Made by a program: the position numbers and the translations under genes. Below the pieces are notes generated by a model that was given only the letters and a program-made list of their open reading frames with translations, had not been told where the DNA came from and ran no database searches. Shown piece after piece: positions 38,943 to 49,164 of a stretch of 64,000 bases of DNA. The stretch's first letter is position 1, and the number at the start of each line of letters is the position of its first letter. The stretch comes from an uncultured Mariniphaga sp. (GTDB taxonomy: Bacteria; Bacteroidota; Bacteroidia; Bacteroidales; Prolixibacteraceae). The stretch covers positions 170-64,169 of the forward strand of contig CAYNOQ010000002.1 in NCBI GenBank assembly GCA_964398855.1, in the 5' to 3' direction.

Positions 38943-39007
38943 TCTTTAGTTGTTAAAGACTTTTTGTCTTGTATTTGGATAAAGTAACAGTTGGAAATTG
39001 GTTTTGT

Positions 39008-39523
39008 TTATTTGCCGGAGCTTTCCGGTTTTTCAATTTTTCCATAGAATGATATTGCCTGGCGGTTAGTGCTGGTGATATTCAGCGTGGCATATCCCAA
39101 TTCCGAAATCTGAAACATGAAGGAGATATAATCCATTTTATTTTTCACTTCGAGATTAACCTGGTAACCTTTACCGTCTTTTATCATTTTATATCTTTCA
39201 AAAGGGAGGGAAAAATTGAACGGGGTGTCTCTGCCGCCGTAATCAACACGATATGCCACTCCGAAAAACGGGAGATAGGAAGAAATGGAGTCGCCTTTTA
39301 TTTCCGCATCGAAAGAGTAGCTCAGGTGGATGCTGCCACCGCCAAGCGGCATGGCATGAGTCGGAATGAACACAAAGGATTTGTTCAAAAGCATTTCCTG
39401 CACTTCCCGGATACGGTTTTCTTCTCTTTCGGCACGGCGCTCGCTGCGACTTTGAGGAGTTTGCGCCATCAGACCCGAAAAAATGAAAATATTGAAAACT
39501 GAGATGAGAATTATACGTTTCAT
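39008..39523 (-). CDS. Secreted protein of unknown function (DUF4251-like)
   Basis: Signal peptide [21 protein letters not shown]. About 170 aa, beta-rich. The family assignment is from memory only. Confidence 0.4.
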   Translation of the reverse strand: MKRIILISVFNIFIFSGLMAQTPQSRSERRAEREENRIREVQEMLLNKSFVFIPTHAMPLGGGSIHLSYSFDAEIKGDSISSYLPFFGVAYRVDYGGRDTPFNFSLPFERYKMIKDGKGYQVNLEVKNKMDYISFMFQISELGYATLNITSTNRQAISFYGKIEKPESSGK

Positions 39524-39620
39524 GGTATTCCTTTTTTTAATTGTTAGAATAAGAACTATTTTCGCTGGTATATATTACGGAATATTACAAATTTTGTTCC
39601 GCAACATAAAAAAACAGGAT

Positions 39621-40469
39621 ATGACAAATAAATATGTTGGTGCGCATGTGAGCGCAGCCGGAGGGGTTGAAAATGCACCGGAAAATGCCCGGCGAATCGG
39701 CGCCACGGCATTTGCACTTTTTACAAAAAATCAGCGTCAGTGGGTGGCAAAACCACTAACTGATGAGAGTATTGCCGCTTTTAAGCAAAGGTGTGAAGAG
39801 TATGGTTATCTGCCCGGGCATATTCTGCCCCACAACAGCTATCTGACCAATCTCGGGCACCCCGAAAAGGAGGCTTTGCAAAAATCCCAAAATGCCTTTT
39901 TAGATGAGATGCAGCGTTGTGAACAGCTTGGGCTTGACCGGCTTAATTTTCATCCGGGAAGTCATCTGAATAAAATCAGTGAGGAGGAGTGTCTCGACAT
40001 CATCGCCGAATCCGTTAATCTGACACTGGATCAGACAAAAGGCGTTATTGCGGTGCTTGAAATCACAGCAGGACAAGGAAGTAACGTGGGCTACTCATTT
40101 GAGCACTTAGCCCGGATTATTGAAAGTGTTCACGATAAAACCCGGGTTGGTGTCTGCATCGACACGGCGCACGCCTTTTCCGCCGGCTATGATTTAAAGA
40201 GCGAAAGCGGCTATGAAAAAGTATTTCAGCAATTTGATGAAATCGTCGGTTTTGAATTTCTGAAAGGGATGCACCTGAACGATTCAAAAAAGGAGTTTGC
40301 TTCTAAGGTTGACCGGCATGACAGCTTAGGAAAAGGCACTTTAGGATTGGATGTGTTCCGAAGAATTATGAATGATTCCCGTTTTGCAGATATTCCGCTG
40401 ATCTTGGAAACGCCGAATGTTGATCTTTGGCCGCAGGAGATTGAACTTCTGAAAAATATGCAGCAATGA
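39621..40469 (+). CDS. nfo: Deoxyribonuclease IV (endonuclease IV)
   Basis: ATG 39621; the upstream part of ORF 39483.. overlaps the neighbouring gene. Motifs [32 protein letters not shown] and DRHDSLGKG. Confidence 0.92.
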   Translation: MTNKYVGAHVSAAGGVENAPENARRIGATAFALFTKNQRQWVAKPLTDESIAAFKQRCEEYGYLPGHILPHNSYLTNLGHPEKEALQKSQNAFLDEMQRCEQLGLDRLNFHPGSHLNKISEEECLDIIAESVNLTLDQTKGVIAVLEITAGQGSNVGYSFEHLARIIESVHDKTRVGVCIDTAHAFSAGYDLKSESGYEKVFQQFDEIVGFEFLKGMHLNDSKKEFASKVDRHDSLGKGTLGLDVFRRIMNDSRFADIPLILETPNVDLWPQEIELLKNMQQ

Positions 40470-41305
40470 GTGAAACAGTATATCTGAATGGCGATTATCT
40501 GCCCCGAAGCAAAGCGGTCATTTCGCCTGATGACCGCGGGTTTATTTTTGGAGACGGCGTATATGAAGTTGTTAAATACTATGCCGGAAAACCGTTTCGC
40601 CTTGAAGAGCATTGGAGAAGATTAGAAAGAAGCCTGAATGAAACAGGTATCGGTTTTGATGATGTGGAAGCGCTAAATCCGGTTTTTGAAAGATTGCTTT
40701 CAGAGAATAATCTCACCGGAAGCGATGCTGGGATTTATGTGCAGATTACCCGTGGTGTCAGCCGGCGACAGCACGCTTTCCCGAAAGGAATCAAGTCATC
40801 GGTTTATGCATTTGCTTTTCCGGCGTCATCTTCTACGGAAAATCTTGAAAACGGAGTAAAGGTCATTACCCAAGAAGATATCCGATGGCTGCGCTGCGAC
40901 ATAAAATCGGTGGCTCTGCTTCCCAACACCATGCTTTATAGCCGGGCGGTTGAAAATGGGGCAGGGGAGTGCATTCTGATTCGCAACGGAAAAGTAACCG
41001 AAGCGACTCATTCCAGCGTGTTTGGGGTTAAAAACGGGAAAGTTTTCACCCATCCGGAATCCAATTTAATTTTACCGGGAATCACCCGCGATGTGGTTCT
41101 GGAAATTTGCAGGGCAAATGAAATTCCTGTCGAAGAACAGGCGATTTCGCAAACTTCACTTTTTGAATTAGATGAATTGTTGATTACCGGAACAATCAGC
41201 GAAATTACGCCGGTAGTTCAGATTGATGACGTTCCCGTGAGGAACGGAATTCCGGGTGAAATCACCCGGTTTATTCAGCGGAAATTTTTTGAAATGGTCA
41301 GATAG
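40466..41305 (+). CDS. Class IV (D-amino-acid / branched-chain) aminotransferase
   Basis: [13 protein letters not shown], ..YVQITRG.., LPGITR. It has a 4-bp ATGA overlap with the nfo stop. Confidence 0.8.
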   Translation: MSETVYLNGDYLPRSKAVISPDDRGFIFGDGVYEVVKYYAGKPFRLEEHWRRLERSLNETGIGFDDVEALNPVFERLLSENNLTGSDAGIYVQITRGVSRRQHAFPKGIKSSVYAFAFPASSSTENLENGVKVITQEDIRWLRCDIKSVALLPNTMLYSRAVENGAGECILIRNGKVTEATHSSVFGVKNGKVFTHPESNLILPGITRDVVLEICRANEIPVEEQAISQTSLFELDELLITGTISEITPVVQIDDVPVRNGIPGEITRFIQRKFFEMVR

Positions 41306-41343
41306 GGCGGGCTTTTAAAATAAAACATTTGATAGATAGTTTT

Positions 41344-42012
41344 TTAAGCCCAGAAAATCTCCTTAACTGATGGCTCGTCTTTTAATTGGTTAATAATGGT
41401 GTCTAATTTTGCTGTGCTGGTTTTGTCCAATTTTATTTGAAAAATAAATTCGTCTTCTTCTTTCTCAAAAGTGAAAGTTTGAATTTTCATTCCTTCAATT
41501 TTGACAAGCTTTTTCAATAATAGGTCATTATTTAAACCGGAATCGCTTATAATCTGTAGCGTTTTGTATTTGGCGTTTTTGAAAAAAGTCCGCTCCAACG
41601 GATGGAGCGCCCATAAAATAAACAAGGCAATTACAGTGGTTGCTGCAGCAGCAAAATACAATCCGCCACCGGTGGCAAGCCCGATTGCAGCCACTGTCCA
41701 CAATCCGGCTGCGGTGGTTAGTCCGCGAATAATTCCCCGTTTCAGAAAAAGAATTACCCCGGCTCCAATAAACCCGATTCCGCTAATCACCTGTGCCGCA
41801 ATTCTTGACGGGTCGAGTGAAACATGTTCTGCGCCCAGAATATCAGAGAAACCGAATGCAGAAACAATCATAACCAGACTGGAGCCCACGCAAACCATCA
41901 TGTGCGTTCTCAATCCCGCAGCCCAGTTTCTTCTCTCTCTTTCCAATCCGATCAGCGCTCCAAAAAAGGAAGCCAAAAGCAAACGCGTTAAAATAATATC
42001 CCATCCAAGCAT
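41344..42012 (-). CDS. mgtC: MgtC/SapB family membrane protein
   Basis: 222 aa. N-terminus LLLASFFGALIGLERERRNWAAGLRTHMMVCVGS, then a soluble C-terminal ACT-like domain. Confidence 0.85.
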   Translation of the reverse strand: MLGWDIILTRLLLASFFGALIGLERERRNWAAGLRTHMMVCVGSSLVMIVSAFGFSDILGAEHVSLDPSRIAAQVISGIGFIGAGVILFLKRGIIRGLTTAAGLWTVAAIGLATGGGLYFAAAATTVIALFILWALHPLERTFFKNAKYKTLQIISDSGLNNDLLLKKLVKIEGMKIQTFTFEKEEDEFIFQIKLDKTSTAKLDTIINQLKDEPSVKEIFWA

Positions 42013-42402
42013 CTGTCTGTCTGTTATTTAATTGTTTTAGATTTCTAAATTGTTTTATCTATTTGTCAATTGATTCATAAGTCATTATGTATTAGTTTAT
42101 TGTGTTTGTTGTGCAAACAGTTAACGCATGTAAAATTAGCTTTTTTCTTCAGAAAATGAAAAACTATTCTTATCGACAAGTTTTTCCGGAGTCTTTTGTA
42201 AACGCTAAATATAATCAGGTTTATGAGTTAATGAATTTACAAATTCTCGTTTACCCCCGATGAGTTTCAAAAAGATAACCACAGTTAATAAAACTGCTAT
42301 ACAGAGGAAAAATAGTTCGTTTTGTGTTATCATTTTTAAAAGTTTGGTAATGGCAGTTTATCATTGACAACCAATACCGATACTATAAATTACTTTTGCG
42401 GA

Positions 42403-43893
42403 ATGCAGGAGAAAGTTGAACAAAAAAGGGGTTGGGTATTGGCAGCGCTCATGCTGACCATGATGCTTGCAGCAATGGATTCTACCATTGTTTCAACAGC
42501 TATTCCGCACATCGTTTCCGATTTGGGTGGTTTCACAAAATTTTCATGGGTCTTTTCTATCTATTTGCTTGCGCAGACAGTGACCATTCCTTTATACGGA
42601 AAATTTGCCGATATCTACGGACGAAAACGTATTTTGATTTTTGGAATTGTTGTTTTTCTCATTGGTTCAGCCACTTCCGCTGCGGCGTGGAACATCGGAA
42701 CGCTGATTGCCTTCCGGGGTTTGCAGGGACTTGGCGCCGGCTCAATCATGGCAACGGTAAACACCATTGCAGGGGATATTTACTCCATTGAAGAGCGCGC
42801 CAAAGTTCAGGGACTGCTCTCCAGTATCTGGGGTGTAAGTGCAATCATCGGTCCCGCATTAGGCGGTGCTTTGGCTGAATATGTAAACTGGCGCTGGATT
42901 TTTCTGATAAATCTTCCTGTCGGTGTGATTTCCATCTTTTTTCTGCTGGCTTTTTTTAAAGAGAAAATTGTGCCTGCATCGCTGAAAATCGACTATAAAG
43001 GTGCAATTCTGATTCTGCTCACCTTGAGCCTGTTTTTCGTCTTTTTGCTTGAAGGCGGGCAGACCTGGGCGTGGCTCTCTTTGCCAAGTTTTGTCCTGTT
43101 TTTTGCAGTTTTGCTTTTGGGCTACCTCTCCTTTGCGGCAGAAGGTAGTTCGCCTCATGCCATTTTGCCCGGCTGGCTTTGGCGAAACAAAACCATGGCA
43201 TTTACCAATCTGGCTATCATGGGAATGGGCATTGTGATGATGGGACCTGAAACCTATCTGCCTACTTTCACGCAGGCTTCGTTAGGAGTCGGAGCCATTG
43301 CTTCAGGGCTTATTCTGACCAGCATGAGTTTTGGATGGCCCGTTGCATCGGCACTTTCCGGGAAATTATATATGCGCATAGGTTTTCGCAATACCTCTCT
43401 CATCGGCACTGCATTTGTATTTTTTGCCTGCGTTGGTTTTTTGTTTATTCCACATCCGCAACCCATTTATCTGCTGGTGGCGGATCAGGTTTTACTTGGC
43501 GCAGGATTCGGCTTTCTGTTCACCTCCTCGCTTGTGGGGCTTCAGTCAATGGTTGAGTGGGATCGCAGGGGAGTGGTAACTGGTGCAAACATTTTTTCCA
43601 GAAATCTGGGGCAGAGTTTAGGTGCTTCCGTTGTGGGCGCTATTTTTAATAATTCGCTGCTGAGACAGCTCAAAAACAGTCCTTCAGACTTTTCATTCTC
43701 AACAGACAATATTCTGAAAACGCTTCACACTTCGGAACTTTCCGGAACCATGAAAACTTTTTTGTCGGACGCCATAAGCAACTCCATGCGCCACATCTAT
43801 TGGGGACTTATCCTTTTTACAGCTGTCATTTTTATTTTTCTCTATCTGGTGCCGTATAAACATCCTAAGGAGTTTTCTTTGACAGATGTATAA
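42403..43893 (+). CDS. MFS transporter, DHA2 (EmrB/QacA-like, 14-TM type)
   Basis: I prefer ATG 42403 over the TTG at 42364. Motifs MDSTIVSTAIPHI and GKFADIYGRKRI (motif A); about 496 aa. Confidence 0.8.
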   Translation: MQEKVEQKRGWVLAALMLTMMLAAMDSTIVSTAIPHIVSDLGGFTKFSWVFSIYLLAQTVTIPLYGKFADIYGRKRILIFGIVVFLIGSATSAAAWNIGTLIAFRGLQGLGAGSIMATVNTIAGDIYSIEERAKVQGLLSSIWGVSAIIGPALGGALAEYVNWRWIFLINLPVGVISIFFLLAFFKEKIVPASLKIDYKGAILILLTLSLFFVFLLEGGQTWAWLSLPSFVLFFAVLLLGYLSFAAEGSSPHAILPGWLWRNKTMAFTNLAIMGMGIVMMGPETYLPTFTQASLGVGAIASGLILTSMSFGWPVASALSGKLYMRIGFRNTSLIGTAFVFFACVGFLFIPHPQPIYLLVADQVLLGAGFGFLFTSSLVGLQSMVEWDRRGVVTGANIFSRNLGQSLGASVVGAIFNNSLLRQLKNSPSDFSFSTDNILKTLHTSELSGTMKTFLSDAISNSMRHIYWGLILFTAVIFIFLYLVPYKHPKEFSLTDV

Positions 43894-43958
43894 AAAGCTG
43901 AGTTTTTGCGTATTAAAATTTGATTGCGAAGTTTTTGGACTGAAGCTTTTGAAAGAAT

Positions 43959-43993
43959 GCCACAAAGTCACAAAACCACTACAATTTCACGAA
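43959..43993 (+). repeat. Head module of the dispersed repeat family (copy 4)
   Basis: gccacaaagtcacaaaaccactacaatttcacgaag, compared with gccacaaagccaccaagtcacgaagtttcacgaa at 10391-10424. Confidence 0.65.
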
Positions 43994-44021
43994 GAAATGA
44001 GTGTTTGAACTTGTTTTCTAA

Positions 44022-44051
44022 CGCTGCCAGGTCTGGCGACGCTGGCAGGTC
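44022..44051. repeat. 12-nt direct repeat that also forms a hairpin
   Basis: cgctgccaggtc (44022-44033) and cgctggcaggtc (44040-44051). The ctgccag and ctggcag cores are mutually complementary. Confidence 0.6.
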
Positions 44052-44080
44052 GATTGATACTCATTCTTTTTTAATGCTTC

Positions 44081-45031
44081 TCAAAGTTTAAATTTCAGAT
44101 TTACCCCAAGGAAATTATTTTCCGGGTTAATCAGAAATGAGCCTAACATCAGGGTGAAATCGTACCATACATGTGCTGCAACTGCCGGACCGATTTTGTA
44201 TCCTCTTTTCTGGACATCGCGCCCAAGGAAATAGCCCGCAATTGTTGCCTCGCCAACCTGCAGAAGCGCACCCAGATAATCCGGTTTTTCTGCCATCAAC
44301 ACATTTGAAAAGTGCATTCCGCCAAAAATTGCACTCGAAATCAGCAGCCCTTTTTTCTGTCCGTATTTGTAGTCCAACATTGGCATCATCCAGTTGCGAA
44401 AAATGTATTCTTCGCCAACCCCGGCGCTCCAGCTCATGGCTAATGAGGTTGCGCCAAACAGTGCCAGCCCCTGATTTCTGTCAATATAACGGTTTATGAA
44501 AAACATCTGCTCCACATCACCAAACCGCTTTGTTTCGTGGTGTTTTTCAATTCCTAAAAACACGGCTGCAATCAAAACCATTCCGCCGGTTATGGGAGTG
44601 AAAATATTTTCCGGTTTGAAAGGAGCCAGAAACAGCTCTTTTTCAGTCATTTCGTCATATTTGAAACCAGGATTGTGATATTTCAAAATTTCCAGACGAT
44701 TTTTGAAAAGGGTCAGTTTTTCAGTCTGAAATGCCTGCAAACCCACAAAAAGCGGATAATTGTAGTAAGGTGATGAACTGTTGTTTTTCAGCGTTTTATC
44801 GTGTTTAAGGCCCAGATAAATACCACCGATTTCAAGCGCTGAGAAGAGAGACCCTTCAACAATTTTACCCTGATGAAAATAAGATGCGCCCGGAACCCAA
44901 ACCGTCCAGTAGGGAATTTCGCGGGGTTGCTGTTTCAGCGTATCGGCATTTTGACCATACGATTGAAAAGTCGTGATGATGAAAGCCAAAACAAGCAGCA
45001 AACTTCTGCCGGAATTATTGCAATGCTCCAT
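44081..45031 (-). CDS. CPBP-family intramembrane glutamic endopeptidase (CAAX protease/Abi-like)
   Basis: EEYIFRNWMMP and SSAIFGGMHFSN motifs. I prefer the ATG at 45031 (MEHCNNSGRSLLLVLAFIITTFQSYGQ), but ATG 45106 is also possible. Confidence 0.7.
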   Translation of the reverse strand: MEHCNNSGRSLLLVLAFIITTFQSYGQNADTLKQQPREIPYWTVWVPGASYFHQGKIVEGSLFSALEIGGIYLGLKHDKTLKNNSSSPYYNYPLFVGLQAFQTEKLTLFKNRLEILKYHNPGFKYDEMTEKELFLAPFKPENIFTPITGGMVLIAAVFLGIEKHHETKRFGDVEQMFFINRYIDRNQGLALFGATSLAMSWSAGVGEEYIFRNWMMPMLDYKYGQKKGLLISSAIFGGMHFSNVLMAEKPDYLGALLQVGEATIAGYFLGRDVQKRGYKIGPAVAAHVWYDFTLMLGSFLINPENNFLGVNLKFKL

Positions 45032-45291
45032 GGTATCCAAATTTGCCGGCAAAAATAGCCGCTTATCTTCACGAAAACAACTTGTCTCAATTTTTCCGCT
45101 AATCATCCGTTATATCTTGTCAAAATAGTACAAATATAATTTTGTGGTTTCTTTAATTTTGTTTCTGATAAACAAATTGCGCTCATATCCTGAGAAACAG
45201 AATATAATATATTGATATACAGTTTTTTGTTTAGTTGAGTCTGATTTAAGCCCCGGGATGAGCGTAAAATGTGTAATGAAAATTAAATATT

Positions 45292-46248
45292 ATGAAGAAG
45301 TTTTTCTATTCAATGTTTTTTCTGCTTTTGGGTCTGACGCTTTCTGCTCAAAAATATTCTACTGTGAAGATTGGAATGTGCACCGATACTCACCTGCCCA
45401 CAATGCACGATGCCGAGTACCGGCTCACCACTTTTCTTGAAGCCATGAAAAAGGAGAAGCCCGATTTCATTATTGAATTGGGCGATTTTGCAACACCTGC
45501 ACCAAAATATGCCAAATATTTCGAAATGTGGAATGCCTATCCCGGCGACAAATATCACCTGATCGGAAACCATGAAATGGATGGTGGCACATCCCGCGAA
45601 AAGGCGATAGAATACCGGGGGATGGAATCCGGTTACTACTCTTTCGACAAAAATGGGTTTCACTTTATCGTTTTGGATGGCAATGACAAAAAGAATCCCG
45701 ATGAGAAAGGTTACAAGCAATATATCGGACCGGAACAGTTTGAGTGGCTGAAAGCTGAACTTGCCGCAACAACCTCACTGACTGTTATTTTTTCCCATCA
45801 GGGAATTTCTTATTACCGTAGCGCCGATGAAGATATGGGAGTGGAAAATTACCGCGAAGTCCGGCAGCTGCTGGTGGAGCACAACCGACAAAATCCCGAA
45901 GCGCGGGTGATTGCCTGTTTCAACGGGCACAGCCACTGGGACGTTGCCGAAAAAGTTGACGGAATCTGGTATGTAACCATAACTTCCATGTCGTATCACT
46001 GGCTTGGTGAAGATTACGGGCATATTCGCTACAGTCCCGAAATTGACAAAGAATACAAGTGGATAAAATATACCGCTCCGTTTAAAGAACCGCTTTTCAC
46101 CACAGTGAAAATTTCTCCGAAAGGAACTATCAAAATTGCCGGAAAAAAATCGGAGTGGGTAGGACCAACTCCATGGGAAGTGGGCTACCCCGTTTCGCTG
46201 AAAAAGTATATGCGTCCCGCTATTTCCAAACGGAAACTGAAATTTTAG
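45292..46248 (+). CDS. Exported calcineurin-like metallophosphoesterase
   Basis: Signal MKKFFYSMFFLLLGLTLSAQ. Motifs GMCTDTH, GDFATP, GNHEMD and NGHSHWD. Confidence 0.8.
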   Translation: MKKFFYSMFFLLLGLTLSAQKYSTVKIGMCTDTHLPTMHDAEYRLTTFLEAMKKEKPDFIIELGDFATPAPKYAKYFEMWNAYPGDKYHLIGNHEMDGGTSREKAIEYRGMESGYYSFDKNGFHFIVLDGNDKKNPDEKGYKQYIGPEQFEWLKAELAATTSLTVIFSHQGISYYRSADEDMGVENYREVRQLLVEHNRQNPEARVIACFNGHSHWDVAEKVDGIWYVTITSMSYHWLGEDYGHIRYSPEIDKEYKWIKYTAPFKEPLFTTVKISPKGTIKIAGKKSEWVGPTPWEVGYPVSLKKYMRPAISKRKLKF

Positions 46249-46395
46249 ATTTTTTCAGAGGAATATCTTTGTGCTGGAGATCGCTCTGTACCAGATTTAT
46301 ATTCCTTCAGAATTTTTAAATAGCAACTTTGGGTAACCCGGTAATATCAGGCGAAATTGTTATTTGCCACACTATTTCATCCCGAAATAATTCTC

Positions 46396-46788
46396 TTATA
46401 GAAGTGCATCTATTGAGAACTGACCGGCGCCCATCAGCAAAATGGCGATGTTTGCAGCTAACAGCAGCGCATCAACTTCCCAGCCGCCGGGATCGCCAAA
46501 TTTCTTTTTCATCTGTGAAATTTTGGCATTGATTGCCCCCAGCATAATGATTATAAATCCGATAGCGGCAAATTGCGTCAGGAAGCCGAGTATAATGGCT
46601 ACGCCACCCAATGGTTCCACAACAGAAAGCAGCTTGAAAATATTCAGCATTCCAGCCGGCATCTCTTTGGAAGGCTGCATCTTCCACATAGATCTTTTTT
46701 GTAGTCCGTGAAAAAGGAAACTTGCCCCGATGGCTATTCTCAAAACCAATAGAGCCACATCTGTCCATTCATTTGAAAAATTAATCAT
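46396..46788 (-). CDS. DoxX-family membrane protein
   Basis: 130 aa, 4 TM. Motifs LLVLRIAIGASFLFHGLQK and ..GFLTQFAAIGFIIIMLGA... Confidence 0.75.
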   Translation of the reverse strand: MINFSNEWTDVALLVLRIAIGASFLFHGLQKRSMWKMQPSKEMPAGMLNIFKLLSVVEPLGGVAIILGFLTQFAAIGFIIIMLGAINAKISQMKKKFGDPGGWEVDALLLAANIAILLMGAGQFSIDALL

Positions 46789-46809
46789 GTTTTAAAATTT
46801 TAATGGTTA

Positions 46810-47376
46810 TTAAAAATCATATTTTGCATCATTTTCTGCCTGTAATTCCTGATAAATTCTTGCCGTATCTATGGTCTCTTCCACTAATCTGTTCAGCCTG
46901 AAAATGATGTCGTCATTTGCAATTTTATCTGCTACAAAATCGGTATCTAACATAAACACGTATGTCTGCACAATTTGGGCTTTCATAAAAGCCAGAATGG
47001 GTTTCAGCTGTTGTTCTATGGTCAGGTAATGTTTTTCTGAACCGGCAACAGCTACAATTCCAACAACTTTATCCCGAAATGCCTGCACCGGCAGCAGGTC
47101 AAAAACATTTTTCAGACTTCCCGGAATAGATGCCTGAAAAATCGGTGTAATCAAAAAAATGGTGTCCGCTTCCATCAACTGCCGGACAACTGTGCCGGTA
47201 TCTCCCGAATAATCCAGAAAATTTCTTCCATCACTAAACTCCATTTTGTAATCTGCCAGATCGAGCAGGTCAATTTCATGTTCAGGGTGTTTTTCTTTTA
47301 GATCTGAAAGAAGATGGTCGGCAGCAATTTTTGTTTTCTGCCCAAATGTTGAACCTATTAAAAGTGTTATTTTCAT
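46810..47376 (-). CDS. NAD(P)H-dependent FMN reductase (SsuE/flavodoxin-like)
   Basis: MKITLLIGSTFGQKTK and FLITPIFQASIPGSLKNVFD; 188 aa. It lies 6 bp after the LLM gene. Confidence 0.8.
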   Translation of the reverse strand: MKITLLIGSTFGQKTKIAADHLLSDLKEKHPEHEIDLLDLADYKMEFSDGRNFLDYSGDTGTVVRQLMEADTIFLITPIFQASIPGSLKNVFDLLPVQAFRDKVVGIVAVAGSEKHYLTIEQQLKPILAFMKAQIVQTYVFMLDTDFVADKIANDDIIFRLNRLVEETIDTARIYQELQAENDAKYDF

Positions 47377-47382
47377 TGTTTT

Positions 47383-48486
47383 TTATTTTGACTTTGTATG
47401 TTTTTTAACTTCCGGCGCTATTTTCTCGCCAATGATATCAATGTTTCGTTTCAAAATGTCGAATGGCACTCCCCCAAAATCGATTTGCCCTATGTAGCGC
47501 TGGTTTCCAAACAGTTCATGCTGATACAGAATTTTATCGATAATCTCTTCGGGACTGCCGATATTCAGCACATCTCGTTTGTCGGCACCCTGCGCAAACT
47601 GCCATTTTGCAAAACCTCTTCCGTTGGAGCGCTGCATCCCTTCGTTGATAAAAGGATAAGCCTCTTTTTGAGCCTGTTTCATTGAGTGTGAAGGAAACAG
47701 CAATCCGGCTAAACCCAAAGGCAAAGCCTTGGGGTCGAAACCAGCCTTTTCGGCTGATTCCCGGTAAACATCTGCCGAATGTTTAAAGTGAACTGCCGGT
47801 CCGCCTAACATGGCAAGCATCATAGGCACTCCGGTATAACCGGCTTTCAAAGCGCTTGCTGCCGGTCCGCCCACTGCCCGCCAGATGGGCATACTCCCAT
47901 TTTTCGGGCGCGGCAGAATTTTTGCCTCCCGCAAGGGAGCTCTGTAATTTCCTTCCCAATCCACAATTTCATTCTCATTGATCAAGCGCAGCAGGTCAAA
48001 TTTTTCTTCAAACAGCGCATCATAGTTCCACAAATCGTAGCCTAAAAGCTCAAAATTTCCAACCCGTGATGCCCGCCCGGCAATAATTTCCGTTCGTCCG
48101 TTTGAAATTAAATCAATTGTGGCGAAATCTTCATAAACCCGTACCGGGTCCAGCGTACTGATAATCGTAGATGAACTTGAAATTTTTATCTTGTTGGTTG
48201 CCTGTGCAATAGCTGCCAAAACTACTGAGTGTGCCTGCGAGACGAAATACTCCTGATGACTTTCGCCAACACTGAAGAAATCGAGTCCGGCTTGTTCAGT
48301 CAACTGTGCCAGCTCTATGATTTCCTGAATTCGCTGCAGGGCAGAAATACGCTTACCTGTTTCAGGATTAGGCATGTGGTCTCCCAAAGTGTAAATTCCA
48401 AACTCCAATCCCTTTGAGGGGTCTATCCCATATTTTTCCATTCCGCTTTTTAAATCCGGCGAATGGTTGTCATTTGTTATTTTCAT
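47383..48486 (-). CDS. LLM-class (luciferase-like) flavin-dependent monooxygenase/oxidoreductase
   Basis: 367 aa with a TIM-barrel LLM pattern: FGIYTLGDH, LDFFSVGESHQ, ISNGRTEIIAGRAS. Confidence 0.8.
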   Translation of the reverse strand: MKITNDNHSPDLKSGMEKYGIDPSKGLEFGIYTLGDHMPNPETGKRISALQRIQEIIELAQLTEQAGLDFFSVGESHQEYFVSQAHSVVLAAIAQATNKIKISSSSTIISTLDPVRVYEDFATIDLISNGRTEIIAGRASRVGNFELLGYDLWNYDALFEEKFDLLRLINENEIVDWEGNYRAPLREAKILPRPKNGSMPIWRAVGGPAASALKAGYTGVPMMLAMLGGPAVHFKHSADVYRESAEKAGFDPKALPLGLAGLLFPSHSMKQAQKEAYPFINEGMQRSNGRGFAKWQFAQGADKRDVLNIGSPEEIIDKILYQHELFGNQRYIGQIDFGGVPFDILKRNIDIIGEKIAPEVKKHTKSK

Positions 48487-48501
48487 TCAATATTTTTCGT
48501 T

Positions 48502-49020
48502 TTAATATTTTATAATTTTAGATTTTCGTTCCTTGTAACTGGCTGATTTCAAGTTTCCTTTCTCGTCCCGAATGTTTGTTTGTTCGCCAGTGATGTCCGT
48601 ATTTTGAGCAGAAACCACCAGCCATTTTCCTCTCTTTTTTCGGGCAACAAACAGAAACAGGGTACGTCTTTCTCCGGCTTTTTCCAAATTTTTGGGAGTC
48701 TGACCCAAAATCTGAATTTGTGCGTGAACAACAGCAATATCTCCGGTCAGCATTTTTGTTTTCACTTTCAGAACATCCATTTTGGAGTGCTGAAAGATGA
48801 TGCGTAATCCAAAATCATGCGCTTTCCAAATATCCGTTTTTGTTTCCCACCACTTTCCGGCAACATTGACAAAATCAGCATTTTCATAAAATAAATCTGC
48901 GATTCCGTCCGGGTCGTAACGGTTCCATGCCTCCATAAAACGAAGGGGAATTTCTTCCGGATTCAAAACAGGCTGACTTTTATTATTGTTCTCAATTTTA
49001 ATCTTTTCCCCTTTATTCAT
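48502..49020 (-). CDS. NTF2-like (SgcJ/EcaC / DUF4440-type) protein
   Basis: 172 aa reading ..FMEAWNRYDPDGIADLFYENADFVNVAGKWW..GKWLVVSAQNT.., typical of SnoaL/NTF2-fold proteins. Confidence 0.6.
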   Translation of the reverse strand: MNKGEKIKIENNNKSQPVLNPEEIPLRFMEAWNRYDPDGIADLFYENADFVNVAGKWWETKTDIWKAHDFGLRIIFQHSKMDVLKVKTKMLTGDIAVVHAQIQILGQTPKNLEKAGERRTLFLFVARKKRGKWLVVSAQNTDITGEQTNIRDEKGNLKSASYKERKSKIIKY

Positions 49021-49090
49021 TTTTGCTTTGTGAACTTTTGTTGATGTATTATATCATTGAACTTTGTGCTTTAAAATTAATTTGATGAAA

Positions 49091-49104
49091 ATCTTTGCAA
49101 AGAT
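49091..49104. promoter_or_regulatory. Perfect 14-bp palindrome in the divergent hxlR/operon promoter region (candidate HxlR operator)
   Basis: atctttgcaaagat is its own reverse complement. It lies 71 bp from the operon ATG (49020) and 61 bp from the hxlR GTG (49165). An 8-bp palindrome gtaattac lies at 49147-49154. Confidence 0.35.
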
Positions 49105-49164
49105 AATTTAATTACTATACATTTGTAACTAATTTCAATAAAATAAGTAATTACAAAAAGAATA

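Noticed and set aside
40466-40469. The 4-bp ATGA overlap between nfo and the class IV aminotransferase was considered as a sign of a functional module.
   Set aside because: Such overlaps are common and indicate only co-transcription and translational coupling. No mechanistic link is evident between the two enzymes.
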